Position numbers and translations under genes: made by a program. The notes beneath the pieces are model-generated. The model was not told the DNA's origin and ran no database searches. It saw nothing but the letters and a program-made list of their open reading frames with translations. A DNA stretch of 64,000 nucleotides. Source: a virus. Every line of letters begins with the position of its first letter. Within the stretch, counting starts at the first letter, position 1. This document shows positions 55,155 through 62,717 of the stretch, in pieces. The stretch is from IMG/VR virus record IMGVR_UViG_3300047551_002099, positions 15,811 to 79,810 of that record; one strand, 5' to 3'.

Positions 55155-56288
55155 TTAAGCTGTTTGTAGAATGTTGTCGAACTTAACTGGGATTTCATCG
55201 GCGCGCCAGTCATCTGCGGTTAACGCTTTAATTCCCTTGGCTAAACCTTCAGCAGCTTCGACAGACTCAAATAGAATTGCGTCGTCGATGTCTTGACTGA
55301 AACTTAGCTTTAACGACTTGTCTAAAGCTGACTTGAGAACTTTAGCGTTAAGGTACCAAGTTTTACTCTGACGGTCGCAGAGGATTGTATGCCCGGTACG
55401 GTTTACCTCGAAACTAGTTCCGTCAGCGCTAGCATACTGAGATAAGAAGTCCTTAAGTTGCTCAGCTTCGTTGTAGGGCATCAAAAACCGTTTCTGCCAA
55501 TCGTCATCAAACACGATGCCGTTGTCTGCCATAGACATCCAGCTCCAAGATTGGTTCTGCACCCGAGCTACCGTGAATTGAGATTGATTAAACGCTTTGG
55601 TCTGGAGTTCAATTGGTGCGCTTCCTACCTGTGTAGCGTTTAGCTTGGAACTATCTTCGATTAGTCCAAAGTCGTATCCTAACCGGGTGGCTAACGCTTT
55701 AACGCCGCTACGCATCTGGTTATCGGTTAAGTTTACAGACCCCCGCCGCCGCTTAGACAGTTCTAACTGAACAATTAAGTTCCACTCTTCACAGGTATAG
55801 TGTGGGTTCTTTTTCGGCGCTTTGTTTACAGTTCCAGTACTTAAACACAGAGTAATGCCGTAGAGACCTGTAGTTGTATAGTATTTGATCGGGCGCGACT
55901 CACCCTTTGAGCTAACCCAGATGGACTCAGCCAGGAAATCGTAGGCTTTACTTAGATCTTCTGGTAGGTACCCGTAGCCATTTTCTGTGGTTCCGGTGAT
56001 ATAGTCTTTGTACCGCTGGCAGACGGAGTTCACTCGCACTTGCAAAAGAGTGCTTACTTTTTTATCAGTTGATAGACGCAGGCCTAATAAGTCTAACCAC
56101 TCTGTCTTAGTGAAAGGTCCTTGCCCAGCAATAGTGGAGAGAGGGTTAATTTCTAAGTTTTTGACGGTGGTATAGGTTAACCGCAGCTGCTCTGGAGTCA
56201 TTTCATCCAAAGTAATTCCCTTTCTTCCGCTGGAGGGAATCCATTTAATCTGTCCGGTTAGTTCTTTTAATTTTTCGATAGATAACAC
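55155..56288 (-). CDS. hypothetical protein with internally duplicated domains
   Basis: GGAGG RBS upstream. Repeats IKWIPSSG...TKTEWLDLL and IWVSSKG...TCEEWNLIV. Confidence 0.65.
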   Translation of the reverse strand: MLSIEKLKELTGQIKWIPSSGRKGITLDEMTPEQLRLTYTTVKNLEINPLSTIAGQGPFTKTEWLDLLGLRLSTDKKVSTLLQVRVNSVCQRYKDYITGTTENGYGYLPEDLSKAYDFLAESIWVSSKGESRPIKYYTTTGLYGITLCLSTGTVNKAPKKNPHYTCEEWNLIVQLELSKRRRGSVNLTDNQMRSGVKALATRLGYDFGLIEDSSKLNATQVGSAPIELQTKAFNQSQFTVARVQNQSWSWMSMADNGIVFDDDWQKRFLMPYNEAEQLKDFLSQYASADGTSFEVNRTGHTILCDRQSKTWYLNAKVLKSALDKSLKLSFSQDIDDAILFESVEAAEGLAKGIKALTADDWRADEIPVKFDNILQTA

Positions 56289-56359
56289 AGTAACCTCCTA
56301 TGAGTATAGGTAACTAAATCTGGACTAATTTTGTATTGCACTTATTTTTTGTTTAACAG

Positions 56360-56399
56360 AAAAAGACGCTAGAGGTTTGTGGTAACCTCTAAGGTCTTT
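56360..56399 (-). terminator. intrinsic terminator closing the Ubl operon
   Basis: Minus strand AAAGACCTTAGAGGTT-ACCACA-AACCTCTAGCGTCTTTTT. Confidence 0.7.
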
Positions 56400-56408
56400 C
56401 GTTTGTGT

Positions 56409-57116
56409 CTACAGAAACCGACCTTCAGTCGCCAAGGTTAATTGGGCGCCGCTATAGTTGAGCCTAAATGGCAACGGCTTGTTTTCTAGTAGCGCGTAGA
56501 CAACTTCATTAGTCATCAATGCACTGGCGAAGTTGGCGTTGATTAATTGAGGGCTGGACACGGCTTCGTAGCCACAACTACCACGGGGCTGGTCGCTAGG
56601 ACGTTCGTAGTTAGTAGCTACGTCGAAGGGGTGAACCGGACGTAGTTTACCTTCCACGCGGGAGTACCAGAGGCAGGTAGCAGTATGGAAGTCGTTACCT
56701 GGTAGGACGCAGGCGAAGTCCAACATTGGGTCGAGGTCGTCTAGGTCTTTGATAACTTCGTTGCGGGCGGACTCAGAGTCAACGGCTAATACTACCAGCG
56801 CCGCGCCGGGTTCGTCACAGTGAGTAATATATTCCTCCAGCTGGGTACGAAACTTGTACCGCCGCACGAAGTCTGGTACCGCACTGATATTACAGACAGA
56901 CTCTAACCGCTTAGCAGCGGCGGCAGCTTTGTTCATACCTACGAAGGCAGGGTCGAATAATTGCCTTACGCTATTAGACGATTCATACTCATCGCCGTCG
57001 TACACACAGACGTTCTTGGTGCCTTCCTTGTGATAAGCTAACAGCCGGACTAAAGGCTCTAATAGAATCGAACCGGTTCCACCGGCGCCAATGACGTGGG
57101 CACTAGAAAATTTCAT
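56409..57116 (-). CDS. E1-like ThiF-family adenylating enzyme
   Basis: VIGAGGTGS nucleotide-binding loop, DGDEYESSNSVRQ, GMNKA, AVDSESAR, candidate catalytic Cys in RGSCG, then QLINAN. Confidence 0.9.
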   Translation of the reverse strand: MKFSSAHVIGAGGTGSILLEPLVRLLAYHKEGTKNVCVYDGDEYESSNSVRQLFDPAFVGMNKAAAAAKRLESVCNISAVPDFVRRYKFRTQLEEYITHCDEPGAALVVLAVDSESARNEVIKDLDDLDPMLDFACVLPGNDFHTATCLWYSRVEGKLRPVHPFDVATNYERPSDQPRGSCGYEAVSSPQLINANFASALMTNEVVYALLENKPLPFRLNYSGAQLTLATEGRFL

Positions 57117-58047
57117 TCTTGGCTCCTAAGATTTCAAATTTGGATTTAGTGGATAAGGTTTTTGAGTAAAGCACCAAGTCGCGGCAGGTCGTTAAGTACC
57201 CACTGGGAGTTTTCTTTACCCAGCCAACCACGTAGGTTTTATCGTGTTTAGGCCGGTAGTGGTGGCTTAAAGGGACTGTCTCGAACAGCTTCCCGCGGTC
57301 GGTAATTACCATTGCTTGAGGTCTTTTGGTAGCGACTTTCAAGGCTAAATCAGAAGACCGAAAGGAAGTAGCTTCTTCTAGACTAAGGTGCGGCGGGGTG
57401 GGACTGGTTCGCTGGGCATACTCTTCATGGTCGTAGCTACTAAGTAGAAGTTCCGTGCTGCGGTCGTTTGTCCCCTGGGCCAGGTCTTGGTTAAAGTTGC
57501 TGGTGAAGAACGTATTGAACGCTTCCAGATGGTCGCGCGGCTGTTCTGCTCTACCCCAACAAATCTCACCGTTATGGTAAACGTTAGCTAACCGGTAGGG
57601 CACGTAGGTGCCGTCTTTGGTAACCGCAAATAGTTTCCAGCTCCCATGGTATATAGATATCAAAGACTTCGGAACGTGGATAGTCTTTGTGCCGTATAAG
57701 TGCTCTTCAACTGTGCATCCCAACCTGCATTTGTTGTCAAATACGCGGAGTGTGCCACCATCGCAAAGCTCGCACTCATCCATGAAGGCTCTCCTATATG
57801 TCTGCAGTTCGAAGAATTTGTAATCGGCCCGCTCGAAGGCAGTTGTCTTGATAAACAACTTAGTAATGTCATCTATAGGTTTGTAATAGAAACAACCTTT
57901 GCAGGTCTCTTCAAACGAGTCTTGGCGGTTATAGCGGATGTCAATGCTGAAGGGGTCAAACAAGCAGGAGATTTTTATCCTGTTGCTTTTGTTGATACTA
58001 AAAATGGCCCCCGCCGCGATGGACGGGAACCGAAGCACTTTGAACAT
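57103..58047 (-). CDS. prokaryotic E2-like protein (Prok-E2 family D/PRTRC protein B type), paralogue 2
   Basis: PYRLANVYHNGEICWG...FNTFFTSNFNQDL. Cys-rich N-terminus (CKGC, CELC, CRLGC). Confidence 0.75.
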   Translation of the reverse strand: MFKVLRFPSIAAGAIFSINKSNRIKISCLFDPFSIDIRYNRQDSFEETCKGCFYYKPIDDITKLFIKTTAFERADYKFFELQTYRRAFMDECELCDGGTLRVFDNKCRLGCTVEEHLYGTKTIHVPKSLISIYHGSWKLFAVTKDGTYVPYRLANVYHNGEICWGRAEQPRDHLEAFNTFFTSNFNQDLAQGTNDRSTELLLSSYDHEEYAQRTSPTPPHLSLEEATSFRSSDLALKVATKRPQAMVITDRGKLFETVPLSHHYRPKHDKTYVVGWVKKTPSGYLTTCRDLVLYSKTLSTKSKFEILGAKNEIF

Positions 58048-58048
58048 A

Positions 58049-59251
58049 TCAGTATAGGCAGGTGTTGATGATGTCTTCAGCTACAGGCATATAGACGTTC
58101 AAGTCTAGCTTCTGTGCTAACAGTGCAGCTAGCAACTCTTGACCGCGGGGACAAGCCATTAGAGCGTCGGCGTAGATATCCAAGTTGGTTAGAATATCTT
58201 TCAGTGTTTCCTTCTCTTCACCGTTCAGGTCAACGGTTCGCTGGTCACGGAAGTTCTTGAACTCAACTTCGTGCTTGAGTTCATGCTTAATATCCTTCTC
58301 GTAATCGCGGAACTTATTAGCCTGGTTGGTGTAGGTATAGTTCCCGTACCAGCCGTTGGAGTAGCCGGTGGTATAGTAGGTGTCGTCCCAATCGTCCCAT
58401 TCGTCAAGCCCATAGAGCTGGTCGCGGGGCATGAGGTTGGTGTTCGCTGAAGCGGGGGGTGATTTGTACTTAGTAACCCAGGAGTTAGCGCGATAAGCGT
58501 AAGCAGTAGCCCTGGTAACGTAGGTGCTGGCTAACGGAGAAATCTCTACTACCTTGCTGTCGTAAACAGTCATCACCTTACATTTGTCGTTCGAGCCGAC
58601 GGTGGCTACGCCATCCAGGTTTAACAACAAGTCAGGCTGGAAGATATACCGCTTTTTGTTTAAGACGATGGAGCAGCAGATGTCGAACGAATGCGGGGTA
58701 ATCACCCCGATGGTGCAGTGCATCCCCGGTACGCCCAGTTCGCCTTGGTCATCCCGCCCACTCCAAAAGGCGCTCATTGAGTTATGAGAATGCATGGACC
58801 CGGAATGACAGTAGCCTTCCGGTGGAAATACCGTGTATTCTTCCCCGGTAAATAAGTCGCAGCTGTGGGTCGTAACGGCGTCTACAGTGACGCTGGTCAC
58901 CGACTGCATAGGCACGACGACTTTCCACTGACTGGGGTCGTCTACCCCGCGCAGTAGGCACACTTGCACTTCGGTGCTGCCAACGACGTAGGCGGAGCCA
59001 TTGGTCGACATGTAGCTACGGAAGAAGGTGACAATGCCTTGGAGTAAGTGGAAGGGCAGGCGGTCGAACTGTTCTTTTAGCCACATGTAATCGACTTCGG
59101 CGGGCTTGTCGACGCCTTTCGGGTCTTTGATAGGTACGTAGTATTCGCCCCAGTAGCTACTCTTCTGAAGTTTGAAGCAGCCGTCCTTAGTCCGAATGAA
59201 CGGGGCTTTCTCTGTTTCTTTCACCGGCGCGGTGGTTAATGTTTGAGTCAT
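58049..59251 (-). CDS. JAB/MPN+ metallopeptidase (deubiquitinase-like)
   Basis: TEVQV glutamate, VPMQSVTSVTV, and MHSHNSMSAFWSGRDD (H-x-H-x7-S-x2-D). Confidence 0.9.
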   Translation of the reverse strand: MTQTLTTAPVKETEKAPFIRTKDGCFKLQKSSYWGEYYVPIKDPKGVDKPAEVDYMWLKEQFDRLPFHLLQGIVTFFRSYMSTNGSAYVVGSTEVQVCLLRGVDDPSQWKVVVPMQSVTSVTVDAVTTHSCDLFTGEEYTVFPPEGYCHSGSMHSHNSMSAFWSGRDDQGELGVPGMHCTIGVITPHSFDICCSIVLNKKRYIFQPDLLLNLDGVATVGSNDKCKVMTVYDSKVVEISPLASTYVTRATAYAYRANSWVTKYKSPPASANTNLMPRDQLYGLDEWDDWDDTYYTTGYSNGWYGNYTYTNQANKFRDYEKDIKHELKHEVEFKNFRDQRTVDLNGEEKETLKDILTNLDIYADALMACPRGQELLAALLAQKLDLNVYMPVAEDIINTCLY

Positions 59252-59267
59252 AATTTAGTAGGCTCCG

Positions 59268-60830
59268 TTAGAAGGTTGCTAGTTGCTCTTGCTGATCTTG
59301 CTGTTGCCGCTCTTTCATCAACTGTTTTAGTTCAGCCATGGTGAAATACCCCAGTCCGCATACCGAGTTGATTTCATTAGTCTCTAGACCAGTCTCTTCT
59401 TGAATTAGTTGGCAGTACATCAAGGCCTGCTCTAAGATGAAGTGCTGTCTTTCTCTTGACGACCATTTATCAGATACTCCAGAGTCTACAGTTGGAACCT
59501 CAGCGGCTTCTAGTTTTTTCTGTAGCCGTTCCTGAAGTGAACAGGGCTTTACTTCGGCTTTGAGCTTGTTGAGGTCGATAACCTTTAGGTCACTCAACTT
59601 ACCGCCAGCTAAGAAACGAACCAGTGCTTTCCCTGTTGAGTTATTCACTTTGTACACAAACGCCAGGCTGAAGCTAACGTAGTTTGTGTAGGAAAGCCTA
59701 ATAGAAGAGTCATAGACTGGATACGGTCGGAACTTTAAGGTCATTTCACTTCTTAAAGAGACGGTTACTGGTAACGAAGGAGACTGGCACATCAATAGCC
59801 CAATTACGTCGTTGTCGGCGTAGTAAGAGTCGTATGCTCCGTCGTAAAGAGTAAAGTCTTTTTCCAGGTGGTCTAGAAAGCTTTCGTTGCTGGTGAATCG
59901 GTAGTAGTGTTCGACCTTGGGGTAGCGGTCATCATCACTTGGGTTATACACCACAGACGGGGTTCCTTCTTCATCGTCTTCGTCTTCGTACTCCCGGGTT
60001 TCGGAGTCGTAAGGCGAGTAAGAATCGTTGTATTCATGAGGAACCAAGTCGTAGTTGAAGGCGCTACTGAAGTAAGTTGCGTAGGCACCGCGAGGGTCGT
60101 AAGGACGCCCCTGTTCACCCCAGCAGATGTCTCCGTCACCGTATACGTTACCCAATAAGTAAGGCACCCCAATAGCGTTGACAGTCTTTACTTCTTGGCC
60201 GTTGAGGGTCTTTACTTTGTCTAAAACGTGTCGTAAGGCAAAGACCTTAAAGTACCCACACCCGACTTCTTCAGCGTCGATACGTCTTAAATCCATGTTG
60301 CTCTGCCATAGTAAATTAGGCACTTTTAGATTCACAGCGGCAGAGAAGGTCTCCCCAGCCCGACACGGCTGGCCATCTTTCAGACGTTGCTCTTCTTCTA
60401 CACCGAGCAGGTAGCTATTTGACAGGCCCGGGCAAGCGTTAGGCAACTTACGGTAGTATTCTTTGTAATAGGGGGTTAAGTCCATCCAACCCAACATTGC
60501 CTTGATTTGATCCTCTTTTGAGCGGTTGAGCAGGTAGGTTCTGCGGGAGTAGGAGTGTCCAGTTATGCTGCGAAGGGTTCTGTTAAAGAACACTTCATCA
60601 TTGGTTAGTTTCTTTGTTAAATGGGTTTTGATGGAGTCTGATGCTTTGCTACGAGCGTTCTGGCTGCATTGTCTACAGCGGTTTGCACTGATGTCGCAGA
60701 CGAGTTCGTCGTCTAGCAGAATTTCTTTTTCTTCTGCTTCAGTGATGTTATAAACTGCCAGTGAGCTGTTACTCGATAGCACGTTAACATAGACTGTCTT
60801 AGTGCCTTTCGGGAAGTAGAATACTTTCAT
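59268..60830 (-). CDS. prokaryotic E2-like protein (Prok-E2 family D type), paralogue 1
   Basis: PYLLGNVYGDGDICWG...AYATYFSSAFNYDL. N-terminal CRQC and further Cys residues. Confidence 0.72.
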   Translation of the reverse strand: MKVFYFPKGTKTVYVNVLSSNSSLAVYNITEAEEKEILLDDELVCDISANRCRQCSQNARSKASDSIKTHLTKKLTNDEVFFNRTLRSITGHSYSRRTYLLNRSKEDQIKAMLGWMDLTPYYKEYYRKLPNACPGLSNSYLLGVEEEQRLKDGQPCRAGETFSAAVNLKVPNLLWQSNMDLRRIDAEEVGCGYFKVFALRHVLDKVKTLNGQEVKTVNAIGVPYLLGNVYGDGDICWGEQGRPYDPRGAYATYFSSAFNYDLVPHEYNDSYSPYDSETREYEDEDDEEGTPSVVYNPSDDDRYPKVEHYYRFTSNESFLDHLEKDFTLYDGAYDSYYADNDVIGLLMCQSPSLPVTVSLRSEMTLKFRPYPVYDSSIRLSYTNYVSFSLAFVYKVNNSTGKALVRFLAGGKLSDLKVIDLNKLKAEVKPCSLQERLQKKLEAAEVPTVDSGVSDKWSSRERQHFILEQALMYCQLIQEETGLETNEINSVCGLGYFTMAELKQLMKERQQQDQQEQLATF

Positions 60831-60846
60831 AGTTTAGAAAGGAAGT

Positions 60847-60883
60847 AAAAAAAGAGAAGACCCCGCGTTAGCAGGGCCATCTC
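60847..60883 (-). terminator. intrinsic terminator between the Ubl gene and the enzyme genes
   Basis: Minus strand GAGATGGCCCTGC-TAAC-GCGGGGTCTTCTC-TTTTTTT. Confidence 0.8.
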
Positions 60884-60901
60884 TAGTTGCAATTCTTTTA
60901 C

Positions 60902-61246
60902 TTACGCGCCTTTGGTGTCCGCGCTGGCAGAGGCGGTGACTAGTTCACCCGCTTTAGGGATGTAGTCTTTGGAGACGTAGGTGGTCTGAATTTTGAAGTT
61001 CAGCCGGCTGACGTCACTTACGCCGATGGAACCGCGGTACTCCTGGACGATTTGCTGCAGGGTTTTGGTGCCGTCCACAGTAGCTACGAACTCTTCGGTT
61101 CCGTAGCGAATGACGATTTGGGACTCAGGGTTGAACTGCTCTTCAGTAAACTCACCTTCGTCGAAATCGGGCTCGAAGTCCGCGAAGAGTTCTTCTTCGG
61201 TAGCTTCGGTGGAGTTAACGGGAGCGTTGGTTTCGTAATCAGACAT
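60902..61246 (-). CDS. ubiquitin-like (beta-grasp) protein with acidic N-terminal extension
   Basis: GAGGA RBS. C-terminal ~70 aa IVIRYG...TLQQIV...DYIPKAGELVT ending DTKGA, like prokaryotic Ubls ending in (T)KG. First gene of an E1/E2/JAB operon. Confidence 0.75.
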   Translation of the reverse strand: MSDYETNAPVNSTEATEEELFADFEPDFDEGEFTEEQFNPESQIVIRYGTEEFVATVDGTKTLQQIVQEYRGSIGVSDVSRLNFKIQTTYVSKDYIPKAGELVTASASADTKGA

Positions 61247-61421
61247 GGGAAATCCTCAATGTTGGTAATGGTTATTAAAACTTGACTCTCTCTTCTAATT
61301 AAGAAGTGCCTATAGCAAAGCCGGCTAAGGAGCCACTAATAGACTTAGGTCATAAGGTTTATTTCTTTGTTTCTTCTTGCCTTCCCTCTTCTATTTTCAC
61401 GCCCATCTACTTAAACTCCGG

Positions 61422-61682
61422 TTAAAACTCTAAGACATAACAGGTTACGGGACCCGCGTTAAACAGAATGTGCCATTTAATATTAGACCGCATCTCTTCT
61501 ATGTCCCACAGATAGCTTAAGTCTAACATAAGAGACTTATCTTCGACATACTTTTCACCGTCGTGCCAGTAGCATCTAAGGGTGCTATAAAGAGCCGGGC
61601 CGCCTTCTACTATGTCTAGGACTTCGTTAAATGTTAAGTAAGCGTATTCCTGCTCTTTGGCTAGAGCTGCAGTTGACGTCAT
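61422..61682 (-). CDS. hypothetical protein
   Basis: 86-aa ORF overlapping the upstream stop (ATGA). Confidence 0.55.
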   Translation of the reverse strand: MTSTAALAKEQEYAYLTFNEVLDIVEGGPALYSTLRCYWHDGEKYVEDKSLMLDLSYLWDIEEMRSNIKWHILFNAGPVTCYVLEF

Positions 61683-61927
61683 TGACTGTGAAACTCCTGA
61701 TACTTCATTAACCCATCGACGGCGCCGTTAACACCTATCTTGCCGGTGGGGGTGATGTAGATAGCGATTAGCTTATCTAACCGCTCAATAAACTCGATAG
61801 CTTTTTGAGCTGGCCCTGTGTTAAGTCCAATTAAGTAAAGCAGCTGTGTCTTTGTCTGCTCACTCTTTGCTTTTTTCTTTAACACGTTGAAGGTTTCTAA
61901 GTCAGTCATGATTCTTCTAGGTCTCAA
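61679..61927 (-). CDS. hypothetical protein (true start may be the ATG at 61909)
   Basis: 82-aa ORF coupled to the next gene. Confidence 0.55.
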   Translation of the reverse strand: MRPRRIMTDLETFNVLKKKAKSEQTKTQLLYLIGLNTGPAQKAIEFIERLDKLIAIYITPTGKIGVNGAVDGLMKYQEFHSQ

Positions 61928-62103
61928 GTAAACGGTATATTTCGCTACATTTATAATAGGTATTCCTCAATGGTAGGTGGGCATGAATATTAAGATAGAC
62001 AGCCGCTTGAGAAAGCAGAACAGTCAATCTATCCGCCGCAGAAATCAGACTCGGGTTCGTCTGCGGCTACGTGTACGGCAATGCTTTGGCGTTGCGTAAC
62101 ACA

Positions 62104-62132
62104 ACAACAGCACGAACGGTTCGTGCTGTTGT
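62104..62132. repeat. 29-bp perfect palindrome containing CACGAAC-N-GTTCGTG, copy 3
   Basis: acaacagcacgaac-g-gttcgtgctgttgt. Confidence 0.9.
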
Positions 62133-62136
62133 GGGT

Positions 62137-62295
62137 TTAGGCAGAGACTGCCCTAACTTTTGTGTCTACGCTTAGCCCCAGCTTCTTCCGGTTCGCGCTA
62201 TATGTTTGAAGCGCTTCTTCTTCGTCTTGGGCTTGGACGAACATTAAAGTGGTCGGTGAGTCAACTTGGGCGTCGATGATTTTAAAGAAGGGCAT
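62137..62295 (-). CDS. small hypothetical protein (52 aa, below ORF-track cutoff)
   Basis: MPFFKIIDAQVDSPTTLMFVQAQDEEEALQTYSANRKKLGLSVDTKVRAVSA*. Confidence 0.5.
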   Translation of the reverse strand: MPFFKIIDAQVDSPTTLMFVQAQDEEEALQTYSANRKKLGLSVDTKVRAVSA

Positions 62296-62345
62296 AGTTT
62301 AAACAGCTAAGTGCGTCACCTTAGTACTATGGCACATTTCTTAAG

Positions 62346-62378
62346 AAAAAGTGAAGGGGGTGCATAGTATGCGCCCCC
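62346..62378 (-). terminator. terminator of the tmRNA/tRNA transcript
   Basis: Minus strand GGGGGCGCATA-C-TATGCACCCCC followed by TTCACTTTTT. Confidence 0.65.
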
Positions 62379-62537
62379 GGTGACCTAGTTGGGTAACAAG
62401 GTTAGGTCAGACCCCGTCATTCATACCGCAACAGCGGTACGTTTGAAAGCAACCACTTGGTTGGCATTTGTTGTTTGCTCATCCGAGCAGGCTTCATCGT
62501 AGTGCCATCCTTTACCAATCGAAACCGTTGCATCCCC
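62379..62537 (-). ncRNA. ssrA: tmRNA coding piece (permuted, two-piece type); tag ANQVVAFKRTAVAV*
   Basis: Starts GGGGATGCAACGGTTTCGA, has GAAGCCTGCTCGGATGAGC, and AAACAACAAAT precedes the GCC resume codon. Tag ORF 62465-62421 resembles cyanobacterial ANNIVxFxRxAxAA tags. Downstream pseudoknot TGACCTA/TAGGTCA with GGGT/ACCC. Confidence 0.92.
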
Positions 62538-62538
62538 G

Positions 62539-62573
62539 TGGTACAAGGTACAGGAGTCGAACCTGTCTAAGCG
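62539..62573 (-). pseudogene. 3' half of split tRNA-Ile2(CAU)
   Basis: CGC-TTAG-ACAGG-TTCGACT-CCTGT-ACCTTGT-ACCA. ACCTTGT pairs with the GCAGGGT start at 63304. Confidence 0.8.
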
Positions 62574-62577
62574 GGCG

Positions 62578-62665
62578 TGGGCAAAGCGGGAATCGAACCC
62601 GCGACCTCTGTTAGAGGCTGCCGGCTTATGAGGCCGGTCCTAGAAACCAACGCTAGTCTTTGCCC
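62578..62665 (-). tRNA. atypical tRNA with CAU anticodon and long variable arm
   Basis: GGGCAAA/TTTGCCC-A acceptor, CTAG/CTAG D-stem, CCGGC-CTCATAA-GCCGG anticodon arm, GCCTCT-AAC-AGAGGT variable arm, GCGGG-TTCGATT-CCCGC T-arm. No encoded CCA. Confidence 0.85.
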
Positions 62666-62717
62666 TGGAGACCCGAACCTAGATGTATAATAGAAGTATT
62701 TTAGCTTACTATTTATC

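Noticed and set aside
56409-57116. ThiF/MoeB for thiamine or molybdopterin synthesis
   Set aside because: No cofactor-pathway genes are nearby, the C-terminal CxxC Zn pair is absent, and the neighbours are E2-like and JAB genes.
394-60753. The many short alternative-frame and antisense ORFs in the track (for example 394-813, 5113-5412, 17784-18191, 42632-43003, 57700-58068)
   Set aside because: They are nested within long motif-bearing genes and show no recognisable motifs of their own.
62666-62685. Additional tRNA (minus strand CATCTAGGTTCGGGTCTCCA)
   Set aside because: Only a GGTTCG and a terminal CCA are present with no pairing stems; at most a remnant or processing signal.
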